DNA of 64,000 nt from Azolla caroliniana (GCA_043228905.1 JBHGNT010000018.1:10726001-10790000), one strand, 5' to 3'; positions 48,549 through 61,440 are shown, numbered from the stretch's first letter. A program made the numbers and translations. The notes: generated by a model from the letters alone, not told the origin.

Positions 48549-49667
48549 TGTCGTGAAGATTTTCGGCAATAGTGTGAAAATCCCATAAAACGTACGAAAT
48601 CAAGTATGAATCACATAATACAATAATTGTGAAGATAACATTTTAAATAAATTTAATATCTAAGTACAAAATAATGGAGCTTTCGAATGCACTTTATTAC
48701 ACGAGAAACGAACAACTAAATGTCAAGATATGAGGGTATAAAGTTTGTGAAAGGAAAAGAGAAAATTGTGAGATATCCCACATAGGCACGACAAATACGG
48801 CTCTCATCATATATAAGGTAGAGCAAAAGATATTATCTTTGTGTCTATGTGTGGAGCATAGAGAGTTCAAGGTAACTTGAACTAAGAGTGGAGGTGGGCT
48901 AGCTACTCGTAAAGGGTTTTGGCCAACCAAAACCGGACCGACGATGGAGTCGGTGATCCGGCGAGGCACCGATAACCGACGGCATCCGGCAGCGGCAGCG
49001 GTATCCGGCGCCGGTGAGACGACGGCATCCGGCGAGGCACCGGTAACCGACGGACGGCAACCTACGGCATCTGACGAACCGGCGTCCAGCGACTAGATAA
49101 ATAAATATATAAATATATATATACATATACAAGGAGGGCAAGTAAGGATTCGAACCTTGCACCTCCAAGTTAGGAATCAATTGGCTTACCATTAAGCCAT
49201 GCTATTTAGTTGAATTTATATTTCTATCATTGTACTTTTACATGTAAATTCTTATACATGAGAGCTAAAATGAGTGACATGGTTATCATGCACCACATGT
49301 AATACATAAGCGCCAAATGGCAAACATGCAATTTATGCATGTCTTGTACCCTCACATGCATCATATGCATGAGAGCATCTATAAAAGAAGGAAGGGGGAG
49401 GAGAAAAAACACGTTTTTTTTTTATAAAAATTAAGAGGAAGAAATTCGTTATGAAATTGATCGTGTAACGTGTTTCTTAAATCTAAAGTTAAAAGTTCAA
49501 TCAATCTCTCTCAATCGTGTAATCTCAACTTCTCTCTTTCCCAATCTATCTTAAGTACTTTCTCGCTAAAGCTTGCGCCAAAGCTTGTACCGACTTTGAA
49601 TCCTTCCGGTCCAGAACCCCGGCGGTTCCGCCTCATGATCCGCGCGTAGTGACGGATCTTCACGACA
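48549..49667 (+). repeat. 5' LTR of F
   Basis: 12-bp terminal IR TGTCGTGAAGAT/ATCTTCACGACA; GC-rich ~30-bp repeats ~48955-49090. Confidence 0.92.
49134..49206 (-). pseudogene. tRNA-derived sequence (A and B boxes) in the F LTR; second copy ~56152-56223
   Basis: TGGCTTAATGG..GGTTCGAATCC; D-arm GCTT/AAGC; T-arm AAGG/CCTT; no good acceptor stem. Confidence 0.6.
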
Positions 49668-49728
49668 TAATTAAGTGGTGAACCCGACGTGAAAGAGGCG
49701 GTAGGAAGGATCAAGTCGAGATTAATAC

Positions 49729-51933
49729 TTGGAGATGGCGTCTTCAAGCAACCAAGCGGGAGAGCTCGAAAGGATGATGCTAATCGTCGAGCAAATGATG
49801 AGATCTCGGGACAACGACGCGAGCGTGGAGAAGGCTGTCGATCGTGTCGTAGAGCTCGAGGGCCAATTCGATGGAAGGAACGTTACGAAGTTCCTTGATG
49901 CATATAGAAGGGAGATGAATCAGAGGGACGTGTCCGAGGCACGTCAAATCGCAAGCTTCAAGAGAGTTGTCGCCAACAATATCCAAAGACGCGTCATTGA
50001 GCTTCAAGAAGGTAAGACAACATGGTCCGAGTTCGAGAAAACGATACTAGCGGAGTTCATGACTAAAGACTCAACGAGGATGACTCGACATGCCCTGATG
50101 AAGTGGATAGAGAAGAAGATTAAGAAGATGAGCATCTCGAGGGTGTACGACGAATTCGACCAGATGTTTAGTCGTCTCCCCAATACGGACCAAGTGTTGC
50201 TTGAAGAGGACAAGACTTTGTACTTCTTGAAGGCCGTGGACATAAAGGATAAACGGGAGTTGGGGACTCTTCTCGAAGATGATACCCAAGCAAATGGGCT
50301 CGTAGCGGACTGTATCGCGGTGAAGCGGGCATGCAATAGGCTTGACAAGCGTCGCCAATGGGTTGATGACACCGACTTGACGGGACCGACTACCACGGAG
50401 AAAGCAAGACCGCCGAAAGTAGCTGAGCCACCAAGACAAAGTAACGTGGAAGAAAAGAAGATTAATGACGACATCATTGAGGAGCTAGCGAAGAAGTTCG
50501 AGAAGGTCACGCTAGCCAACATGAATCGTCGGGGCCCTAAAGGAAAAGAACCCTTTAGATGCGTGTGTTGCGATAGCATGGACCACATGAGAAGGGATTG
50601 TGCGAGCCTTCGAGAGGCGATTCGACAAAATATCGTATACATAGAGGACAACATGATCTGCTCAAGCGAGACTAGAAGACCCCTACGGGTGAATTTCGGA
50701 AGAGGAGGAATGAAGAAATCTATGGAGGATGCCGATGCGACTCATGTGGATGCGATGCACTATGCTGCGTCGGCCGGAATAAGAGTCGGGAAAGACAAGA
50801 CTGAAGCTGCTAGAGCGGGAGCAAAGTTTTGGACTTCCGTTCTCGAATATGAGAAGAAGGGAAAAGTCACATCGAACGAGGTAGAGCTTGCGGACCGAAG
50901 CGTGCAAAGCATAACCGGGTGGTCGGATCCGGTGGACAACAACACCATACTCGCAGAGGTGATGTGCGACAACCACGAGGTGTTCGTCGAAGAAAAGAGA
51001 AAGAGAATAGAAGAGCAAGGCCCATCAAAAAGACATGAAACAAGGAACGCAAAAAAGAAGGACGATGCGGAGACGAGTCGACCTTTACAAACGGAGGAAC
51101 GAGAATCAAGCCGAAAAGGGGAGCCGGGCATACGGGTTGAAGAAACGGTTCGGCCCGTGAAGGTTGGTGTCGAAGACCCCGCTCAGAGGACAAGGACTAT
51201 ACCTACCTATAAGCTAAGGTCGGACATAGAGCAGATGACGGACCTAAAGAAGATTCTCGAAGAACGAGTTCTTGATAGCCACGTAACTTTGTCCTTGAGG
51301 GAATTTCTTGGCATTACGAAGAAGGAGTTCCATGACACGATCGTGAACCTTGTAAAGAGAAAGAGACAACAATCGGACGAGGAAGAAGAGAAGCCACAAA
51401 AAGCAAAAACGAATGCCATAACGATGGCAAGAGACGAAATCGATGAAGATATGGTGGACAGCCACTACACTCGACCTCATTGGCCACGAGCGACAACGGA
51501 GACGCCGGTGAAGATCGGGGAGAAGAAAGAGACCGTGGTAGCCTTGATCGACCACGGCTCGGAGATCAACCTCATGTCAACCGACTTCTACAAAAAAGGA
51601 ACATGGCCAATCAATACAAACCACGGATGGAAGATTCGCGCGGCAACAAAGTCTACGGATGATTTGTATGGAGCTTGTCCCAATGTGAAAGTCACGATCG
51701 GGGATGTGGAGATGGATCAACACTTCTTCGTACAAGAATCGGCATCGCATCTTGTCATCCTAGGGCAACCTTATATCACATCATCTCGGATGGAGACCAA
51801 AGTGTTCGATAATGGAGCAGCCTTCGCACGAATAAAGAGTCTTGACAACCAAAGATCGGTCCAATTCCTAACGGTGCAAGCCAATCATGAAAGGAATCGA
51901 GATAGTCTCGGAGGCGAATCCTTGGATTTTTAG
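49729..51933 (+). CDS. gag: F gag-protease ORF1 (734 aa, open)
   Basis: CVCCDSMDHMRRDC; LIDHGSEINLM; VILGQPY; ends SLDF*. Confidence 0.9.
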   Translation: MEMASSSNQAGELERMMLIVEQMMRSRDNDASVEKAVDRVVELEGQFDGRNVTKFLDAYRREMNQRDVSEARQIASFKRVVANNIQRRVIELQEGKTTWSEFEKTILAEFMTKDSTRMTRHALMKWIEKKIKKMSISRVYDEFDQMFSRLPNTDQVLLEEDKTLYFLKAVDIKDKRELGTLLEDDTQANGLVADCIAVKRACNRLDKRRQWVDDTDLTGPTTTEKARPPKVAEPPRQSNVEEKKINDDIIEELAKKFEKVTLANMNRRGPKGKEPFRCVCCDSMDHMRRDCASLREAIRQNIVYIEDNMICSSETRRPLRVNFGRGGMKKSMEDADATHVDAMHYAASAGIRVGKDKTEAARAGAKFWTSVLEYEKKGKVTSNEVELADRSVQSITGWSDPVDNNTILAEVMCDNHEVFVEEKRKRIEEQGPSKRHETRNAKKKDDAETSRPLQTEERESSRKGEPGIRVEETVRPVKVGVEDPAQRTRTIPTYKLRSDIEQMTDLKKILEERVLDSHVTLSLREFLGITKKEFHDTIVNLVKRKRQQSDEEEEKPQKAKTNAITMARDEIDEDMVDSHYTRPHWPRATTETPVKIGEKKETVVALIDHGSEINLMSTDFYKKGTWPINTNHGWKIRAATKSTDDLYGACPNVKVTIGDVEMDQHFFVQESASHLVILGQPYITSSRMETKVFDNGAAFARIKSLDNQRSVQFLTVQANHERNRDSLGGESLDF

Positions 51934-54900
51934 AGCGGACTATTGAAGCATGGGGCACAAATAGTCCGAGCAATCACAAGATCCCACAAGAAAGAAGAGT
52001 GCGTGGATTGCAAGGAGAAGCAACATGTGTCACACCTAGTGGCGCATGTAAACTAGTACTACCCGACAAGAAGCACAAGCGCCGGATACAAGAATTCGAG
52101 AAGATGCTGAAAGAAGAAAACATAATAGAAGAAGGAGAGTTTGTGACTCATATTATGGAAGAAGCCTCATTTAACGACACCATCGGCGAAATCGAGGACG
52201 TCGTGGACTTGAGCTATCTTCACAACCAACGCGTGATTTCGGTTAACTCCATCAACATGTACACTATCATCGATGAATACCGTCGTGGCATCTCGATGAA
52301 GGAAGCTGACATCAACACGAAATATAAAACGGTGGATAAGAAGATCAAGCTAGTTGCGGCTCCGCTACCGGAAGATAGCTGGCAAAAGATGAAGGAAGTC
52401 GCTAACGATCCAAGCTTAAGAGATCCGAAGAAGATAGGTCATGTCTTCACCAAAGAGACGAAGGGGAAGCTACGAGTTGGAAAGGAGGATTTCCTTCTCC
52501 CTGAAGAGGAGCGAATGTTTCGCGATATGCTTGAGAGACATGGGAAGGCTTTCGCATTCTTCCCACGAGAAATCGGATGCGCCGACCCAAAGGTTATAGA
52601 GCCGATGGTGATCTTCACGGTGCCTCATGTGCCTTGGAATTTGAAACCGATACCGGTTCCGAGAGCACACCTTCCGAAGCTGATCAAGGTCTTAAAGGAG
52701 AAGGTGAGTATGGGAATTCTGGAACCGTTGAATGCTCCTTATTCCAATAGGTGGTTCACGGTGCCGAAGAAGAATGGATCATTGCGATTCATCCAAGATC
52801 TTCAACCTGTCAACAAGGTGACAATTCGAAATGCCGGAATCGGTCCGAGCGTGGACGAATTTGCCGAAGCGTTTGCGGGCCAGTCCATCTACTCCATTGG
52901 CGATCTCTACTCCGGATATGACCAATTCCAATTGGCGATCGACAATCGGGACATTACAACCATGAGGACTCCGATCGGGCTTGTGTGGATGTGTACCTTA
53001 CCCCAAGGCGCAACGAACTCGGTGGCTCATATGGTGAATGCCATGAATAAAGTCTTAAAGGATTGCATTCCGGACATCACGATGCTATTCTTGGATGATA
53101 TTCCGATAAAAGGATGTTCGGATGAGGAGAAAGATGAATCGAAAGATAAGGAAGGTTGTAGAAAGTTCGTTGTGGATCATATGAAAGATTGCGAGAAGGT
53201 GCTTCAAAGGCTCGAAGATGCGAATTTGACATTTTCGGGAGAAAAATCCGCATCGACTTTCAGTTTAATGTTCCTATTCAGCGGTTGTCGGGCAACCGGA
53301 GTTCTTGGTGGTAGGTCACTTGTGTGGAGCATACGGCCGGAAGCCCTCGCCATCCAAAGTGAACGCAATCCAAGACATGAAAGAAGAATGTGAAAACCAA
53401 ACGGAGGTTCGAAGGTTCCTTGGAGCGTGTGCGTTTTATCATATATGGATTCCTCACTACGCTCATGTCGTCGAACCGTTATATGGACTACTAAAGAAAA
53501 GAATAAAGTTCGAATGGCGAGACGAGCACACAAAGGCGATGCGAAGATTAAAGGAACTGCTTCTTGAAGCTCCGGCACTAAGGAAGGCCGACTATGCCGA
53601 AGGGAAACCAATTTATGTGACCATAGATACGAGCCCAACCGGAATCGGGTGGGTCATCAATCAAGAAGGTGAAGATAATGCGCGATATGCCGTCCGATTC
53701 GGAGCAAAGGTTCTCAACGAACGGCAACAAAGATATGCCCAAGTCAAGCGGGAACTTTGGGGTATTGTGTCGGCAGTGAAGACGGACAAAGATTACCTGA
53801 TCGGGTTAGAAGTGATAATAGAGACAGATTGTCTCCCAATTCTCGGAATGGTCTCGGGATGTGCGACCCCAGATCTTGCTATGCTAAGGTGGATCGCCTA
53901 CATCAAGTCTTTAAACCCAGAGGTCCGTCACATTGCAGGGAAGAAGAACGCCATGGCTGACATGCTGTCGATGGCAATATTTTTAAATGGAAGTAACATG
54001 GTTTCGGAAGATGAAGATGTCGCCCTCGACTTCTTCAAGATGGTTCGATTGTCAGCGGAAGACCAGGACACGCAAACCCTCCACGCCTTCAACGAGAATG
54101 AGTACGAAGGAGAGTGGTTACTCATGGGTAGATTCCTAAGAACATTGACGACAGATGCTTCGTTGACAAAGGAGGAGGCCCTACGAATCCCAAAGAAAGC
54201 TTACCGATACTTCTTGAAGGGAGGATTCCTTTGGCGACATCCAAAAAGAAGGACAGGCATACCACGTCGAGTGGTGGTAAAGAAAGAAGAGCAAGAGACG
54301 CTAATGACCGAATTCCATGAGAGTGCTTGGGCAGGTCATAGAGGAACATGGGCGACGTTCGAAAAGTTGAAGGAGAAGTACTGGTGGCCAAGCATGTACA
54401 AAGATGTACTCCATTTCGTGTCCACATACGAAACTTGCCAAGTATATTCAAATATACGTCATCGTGATGAGTTAAAGCCGACATACCCACTCACCATACA
54501 CTTCAAATGGATGGTGGATCTGGTCTCGATGCCAATGGGAGTGGGACAAATGAAGTACTTAGCGCTGGCAAGGGAAGACTTGACAAATCAAGTGGAAGGA
54601 CGAACCTTGACAAATAAGACGACTTCAGCCGTTTGCAAATTTCTACTTAAAGATGTTGTTTGCCGATATGGATGTGTAGGGAAGATAGTGGCCGACCGAG
54701 GGGAGTTGGACGCGCACGAAGTGACGGAGCTCTTCGAAAGACTAGGCGTGAAGCTCTCCCTCACGACTGCCTACAATCCGGAAGCAAATGGGAAGATCGA
54801 GCGAGGGGATGGACCTATCGTTAAAGCCATCGTACGGGCATGAAACGGTCGAGTCAGGAATTGGCCACGACTATTACCCTATACCTTGTGGGCCGATAGA

Positions 54901-55455
54901 ACGACACATAGCTTAGTGACAGGGTATATGCCGATGGAGCTTATGTATGGACAAAAGCCGATTATGCCCATCGAAAGGACGATCGCCTCATGGGTAGCGA
55001 TACCGTGGGAGAACGAGATGAGCCGAGAAGAGTTATTAGCGGCGCGGATAAGGCAACTTGAAAGAAGACCTGAAGATTTAGAAAAAGCGCGAAAGATGAT
55101 AAAGGCAGCCCGAGTAAAGAACAAGGTTCGGTTCGACAACACGCATCGACTTCGTCCCAATAAGATTGAAGAAGGGGATTGGGTTTTGGTTTACGATAGC
55201 ACCCTTGACAATCAACACAGTACAACAAGGAAATTCGCAAGAAGATGGTTCGGGCCGTATATGGTGACAAGTGCCAACGATAATGCCACATACCACCTTG
55301 CGGAACTAGACGGATCAAGGTTGGCCGTACCCATTGCGGGAAAAAGAGTAAAGATTTTCAAGAAAAGAAAAGACAAGACAAGGATCCTGACCTCGATTAC
55401 CTCGACGATGAACATAATAGGGCGGATGTAAATGAAGACATGGAGGAATCTAATT
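51924..55455 (+). pseudogene. pol: F pol (RT-RH-IN) in the -1 frame, disrupted by a 34-bp insert and a stop at 54841-54843
   Basis: ORFs 51999-53393, 53305-54843, 54886-55431; FLDDI, WMVDL, ADRGE, NGKIERG. Confidence 0.88.
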
Positions 55456-55529
55456 GATCATCGTAGCCGAAATCTCACTTTCTCTCTTTTTGGCACGTAC
55501 CGGAGGACGTGCGGTTTGGTGGGGGTGGA

Positions 55530-56680
55530 TGTCGTGAAGATTTTCGGCAATAGTGTGAAAATCCCATAAAACGTACGAAATCGAGTATGAATCACATAAT
55601 ACAATAATTGTGAAGATAACATTTTAAATAAATTTAATATCTAAGTACAAAATGATGGAGGTTTTGAATGCACTTTATTACACGAGAAACGAACAACTAA
55701 ATTTCAAGATATGAGGGTATAAAGTTTGTGAAAGGAAAAGAGAAAATTGTGAGATATCCCACATAGGCACGACAAATACGGCTCTCATCATATATAAGGT
55801 AGAGCAAAAGATATTATCTTTGTGTCTATGTGTGGAGCATAGAGAGTTCAAGGTAACTTGAACTAAGAGTGGAGGTGGGCTAGCTACTCGTAAAGGGTTT
55901 TGGCCAACCAAAACTGGACCGGCGGCATCCGACGGCAATCCGGCATCCGGCGAGGCACCGGTAACCGACGACATCCGGCGAGGCACCAGTAACCGACGGC
56001 ATCCGGCAAGGCACCAGTAACTGACGGCATCCGGCGCCGGTGAGACGACGGCATCCGGCGAGGTACCGGTAACCGACGGCATCCAACGAACCGGCGTCCG
56101 GCAACTAGATAAATAAATATATAAATATATATACATATATACATATACAAGGAGGGCAAGTAAGGATTCGAACCTTGCACCTCCAAGTTAGGAGTCAATT
56201 GACTTACCATTAAGCGATGCTATTTAGTTGAATTTATATTTCTATCATTGTACTTTTACATGTAAATTCTCATACGTGAGAGCTAAAATGAGTGACATGG
56301 TTATCATGCACCACATGTAATACATAAGCGCCAAATGGCAAACATGCAATTTATGCATGTCTTGTACCCTCACATGCATCATATGCATGAGAGCATCTAT
56401 AAAAGAAGGGGGAGGAGAAAAAACACGTTTTTTTTTATAAAAATTAAGAGGAAGAAATTCGTTATGAAATTGATCGTGTAACTTGTTTCTTAAATCTAAA
56501 GTTAAAAGTTCAATCAATCTCCCTCAATCGTGTAATCTCAACTTCTCTCTTTCCCAATCTATCTTAAGTACTTTTTCGCTAAAGCTTGCGCCAAAGCTTG
56601 TACCGACTTTGAATCCTTCCGGTCCAGAACCCCGGTGGTTCCGCCTCACGATCTGCGCGTAGTGACGGATCTTCACGAGA
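55530..56680 (+). repeat. 3' LTR of F
   Basis: Matches 48549-49667 with a longer GC-rich repeat block. Confidence 0.92.
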
Positions 56681-56878
56681 ACGCTTAATGCCTTCTTTTA
56701 TAGTGTTCTCAGGAGTAATCCTGAAGCTTCTAGAATGTTCCAGAGAAATCTGGAATATACATTAATTTCCTATAATAAAACTTAAATGAAAATAATATCC
56801 TACGTATTACAATAGATGGTATAATGGTCAATAGCTCAACCCATACAACATAAGGTCATGGGTTCGAGTCTTGCCATA

Positions 56879-59800
56879 TCATGAGACTATCCCCCCTTTA
56901 AGATGATGAGTGGAACGAGTCGACGTTGATTGAGGACCGGGTTTGTTTAGATACTGTCGGTGAAAATCATCAAGAAGATCTTGAGCATTGGCGACATACT
57001 TGACGGGCTCCCAAGTATGTTCGCTTGGACTATAGCCGAGCCAATCAACCAAATAATAAAGTTTGTTGCGAACAAATTTGGAGTCGAGGATGGCAACAAC
57101 TTCATACTCCGGGCCGACGTCAAACTCAAGCGGGGACGGCGGTGGTGTAACATGATCGGGAATAGTGTTTGCTTTATAAGGTTCAAGAAGAGAACTATGG
57201 AAGACTGGATGTATCCGAAGATGCGGAGGAAGATCAAGGCGGAACGTGACATCATTAACCTTACCGGTAATACGGAAAGGACCGAGTCGTCGATAATCCA
57301 ACTTGTCGCACGGTCGAGTAGTCTTGATGTGATGACGTAAGAGCCATACTCGATCTTCGATGGCAAAAGAGGAGGGAAGCCGATGACGATTCGCGTAAGT
57401 CTTCTGTGTCTGTTGAGCATGACGAAGATGAGTCGAGAGATCCGTCTAGATCTTGCATAGTCTCTCCAAATGATCTTCGGCACGAGGATTGGTAGGTAGC
57501 TCCGGGGTGTCGATCACCAACCAGCGAGGATGAGAACTAGTATAAGCGTAGAATGGGGAGACTCGAGTCGAGGAGTGAACAACATTATTATACGCAAACT
57601 CCGCAAAGTGAAGAATCTCGGCCCAATCGTCCTGTTGATAACTTAGGAAACACCGGAGATATTGCTCCAGCGTTTGGTTTGTTTGTTCCGCCTGTCCATC
57701 GGTCTGAGGATGGTAGCCGGAGGATAGGTTGCAAGAGACCTTGAGCATCTTGAAGAGATGCTGCCAAAATTTGGAGACGAATTGTAGTCCTGGGTCATTG
57801 ATGATACTGTCTTGGAGGCCATGATGCCGAAATACCTCACGCATGACAAGGGCGGCGGTTTCCTCGCTAGTGATGGCCTTAGTACACGACAGAAAATGTG
57901 CCATCTTCGTATATCGATTGACAACGGTTAAGATAGCATCGAACCCCTTCGAGACCGGCAGATCTGTGATAAAGTCAAGACAAATAGACTGCCACAACTT
58001 ACTTGGAATCGGTAAGGGTTCCAACAAGCCATAGGATGCTTGAGAGGTATCAGTGTGCGCCAGAATGTCTTGAGCAAAATTGTCCGTCTTCAAGTTCGCA
58101 CGTATGGTGTCAGTAATCTGGGAATCCATTGGGGTGTGAAAAATCCGCATTGTGTGCAATCGTGTTGGTCCCAAGATTACTTGCTTTTTATTATCGAATG
58201 ATGGATCACCAGGACGAGGTGCAAGATATGAACGCTGTGATAGTGCATCTGCCTTTCCTTGCTGCTTCCCCGGTCGATATGCAATTTTGAAATCAAAACG
58301 TGTGAGGAATTGAGCCCACCTAGCTTGCCGTCGATTTAGCACACGAGCGTTCTGGAAATAAGAAAGATTCTTGTGATCACTAAAGACGATGACCTGATGT
58401 GGAGAGCCCTCCAAAAAATGCCGCCATTGCACAAATGAATCCACGATGGTCAATAACTCCTTGTCATGTATTTCGTAGTTGATTTCCGCAGCATCGAATT
58501 TTGCGCGAATGGAAAGCCACATGATGTAATTCTTCTTTATCTCCTTGTGGAGAAAGGATGCTACTGAGGGCAAAATCTGATGCGTCGGCCTCCATGATGA
58601 ATGGTTTTCTTGTATCCACATGAGCTAGGATAGGTGCTTATGTAAAGGCTTTATTAAGATGCCGAAAAGCCATGTCCGCTTCATTGGACCAAAGAAATGC
58701 TTGTCCCTTCTTCGTAAGTTGTGTGAGAGGTAAAATAATCTTCGAGTAATCTTGTATAAACTTGCGGTAGAAGTTAGCAAAACCTAGAAAACATTGTACA
58801 TCTTGTATTGACCGTGGAATTTGCACTCTAGCACAGTTTGGACTTTAGTTGGATCCATGGAGATGCCCTTTGAGGAGATAACGTAGCCTAGAAATTCCAC
58901 TTGCTTGCAGTCAAAGCTACATTTTTCTAGCTTGGCATAAAGACCATTCTCGCGGAGTCGGTTTAGTACTAATAGTACATGAGAATCGTGCTCTTCCTGG
59001 GTCTTCGAATAAATCAATATATCATCCAGATAGATGATCAAACGGATATCCAAGAGGTCTCTGAATATATCATTTGCCATGTGTTGGAAGACTGCGGTGC
59101 GGGTGCATTGGTTAGACCGAATGACATAACCGTATATTTGAAATTCCCATACTGCGTGTGAAAGGCGGTCTTCCATTCATCTCCCTGCCGGATCCGCACG
59201 AGGTTATACGCTCCTCGTAGATTGATTTTTGTAAAAAACTTGGCACCGTTAACTCACTCTAAAAGACTTGATATAAGAGGAAGTGCATACCTATTCCTGA
59301 TGGTGACCTTATTTAAGCCGTGGTAATCAACGACGAGACGAAGTGAGCCATCTTTCTTCTTGACAAAGAAGATGGGTGCTCCAGCCGGATATTTCGAATG
59401 ACGAATAAACCCGCTTGCCAAGTTCTCCTCTATGTAGGCTCGAAGGACTTCTAACTCGGTGGGTGACAAGTTGTAGATTGGTCCCCATGGTGGCTTTGCT
59501 CCTGGTTGTAAATTGATGGGACAATTGTTGGGATGATGATGAGGAAGAGTATCGGCTTTTAACTTGTCAAATATGTCGGCATAAGGATGATATTTGACCA
59601 GAAGTTGCACTAAGGATTCCTCCTTAATATCGCTAGAAGGATGTGCTGATATGGCAAATAAGAACATTGCCTCCTAGTGTCCTTCTTCGCGTAGTTGACG
59701 TAGTGAAATGGTCGAAACTCGATGAGTAGATTCTTGGGGTTGTCAATATCAGACTTCTCTTGTTCTCCAATCTATGTCTGGATTATGTAGTTCAAACCAA

Positions 59801-61440
59801 GGTAATCCCAAGATAATGGGATGCTCTAGACTACTAATTATATTAAATGATACTACACACACAAAACTACCTAGGACAACCTGAATGGGTTCTGACTCTT
59901 CTACAATATTCCCGGAAGCAATGGGACGACCATCAATGACTACTACAGATGTGGGGCAAGGAAGTTTTCTTAAGGATATCTGCAAAACTTGGGCAAAATT
60001 TCGATCCATGAAATAGGAATTGGCTCCGAAATCTAAAAGTGCTAGGATTTGTATTGGGGGAGTACTTTTAGTACTAACCATGACTTGGGCTAGGAACACA
60101 TTGCTAACTTGCTTGGAGGGAATGGAACCACTAATGGGTTGTCCAACCAAACGACTCCTATTTTGGCTGAACTCAATCGTTTAACTCTTCATCTAATTGA
60201 CTAAGGATTTCAAATTTGTTTGAGATACTTGGGCTATTAGTACTATTAAGACTATCAAACACTCTATTAGTACTATTAATACTATCAGATACTCCTAAGC
60301 GAAGAATTGACTCGGGTTTAGTACAATCTAAGATTTGATTTACTTGTATTCTTGGCCTATGGGGACAATTGATTGCGATATGCCCTGGTCCACCGCAATA
60401 AAGACATAATCGATTTGCACGTCGTCGTTGTTTTTCTTCTTTCGATAACGGGCCACGTCGACACATGGTGTCGATCTCCATCGGTGTCGGAGTATTTGCT
60501 TGAGGTACGTCGCGTGCAAACGGTTTAGCCGCGACTGAGGCGTAAGTGGGCTCTGGCCTAGAGCGTGGTATTTGTAATTGACGTTCTGAATGCCATTCAA
60601 AAAGGCGGTTGTTGCATCGGACCGCTCGACTGATTGCCTCCGTAAGAGACTTTGGTTCTTTGGGGAAGGTTAAAAGTAAATCTTTGACATCGTTTCGTAG
60701 GCCATTGTGAAACTGCTCCATTAGTGCTTGATCATCCCAGGGGATATCTGATTGCCTCCGTAAGAGACTTTGGTTCTTCAGGGAACGTTAAAAGTAAATC
60801 TTTGACATCGTTTCGCAGGCCGTAGCGAAACTGGTCCATTAGTTCCTGATCATCCTAAGGGATATCGGAGGCGAGTAGACGGAAATCCGCCGCGTAGGCA
60901 GAGGCTGGATGATCGTCTTGACGCAGTTGTCGGATCTTGTTGATCGCCATCCTGATGTTGTCGGTGTCTCCAAAGCAGGTTGTAAACTCACTAATAAAAT
61001 CTTCAAAGTTATTAAGCAAGGGCGATTGTTTTTCTAGAAGCGGAGCGAACTATGCTAAGGCTGAGCCGCTAAGCAACGTGCCTATTAGGCCGACTCGGGA
61101 TGCATCAGTGGGGTATCGGGAAGGATGCATTTGAATGACTAATCGTACCTGATTAAGGAATCCCCGGAATTGCGATCGTCTTCCATCAAATTTCACAGGA
61201 AGTCCAATCTTCAGCTCTTTATGAAATCCTTGGGGACTTGATCCTTGTTGTTGCAATGCTGCTTCGAGTTATTATACCCGTAACGCTCACTCCTCATGCT
61301 GTTGTTGCGTTTGTTGTTTTTCTAGAGAGATTTGTTGCAGATCCCCTATCAGCCATTGGTTTTCCTGTTCCAAGGCAACAAATTTTTCTTTTAGGCACTA
61401 TAGCTCGGAGAAAACGGATTGATATTCTTGGGCGCTAACA
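56879..61440 (-). pseudogene. gag-pol: G gag-pol: gag with CCHC, PR, RT, RH, IN, chromodomain; many lesions
   Basis: RLCLYCGGPGHIAINC; [12 protein letters not shown]; YLDDIL; NYEIHDKELL; HPQTDGQ; YEVVAILD..YYLVDWLGYSPSEHTWEP. Confidence 0.88.

Larger units (their letters stand above)
48549..56680 (+). mobile_element. Element F: full-length Phygy-like gypsy, divergent from B/E
   Basis: TSD ACGC (48545-48548, 56681-56684); LTRs 48549-49667 and 55530-56680; Trp PBS 49676-49693. Confidence 0.94.
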
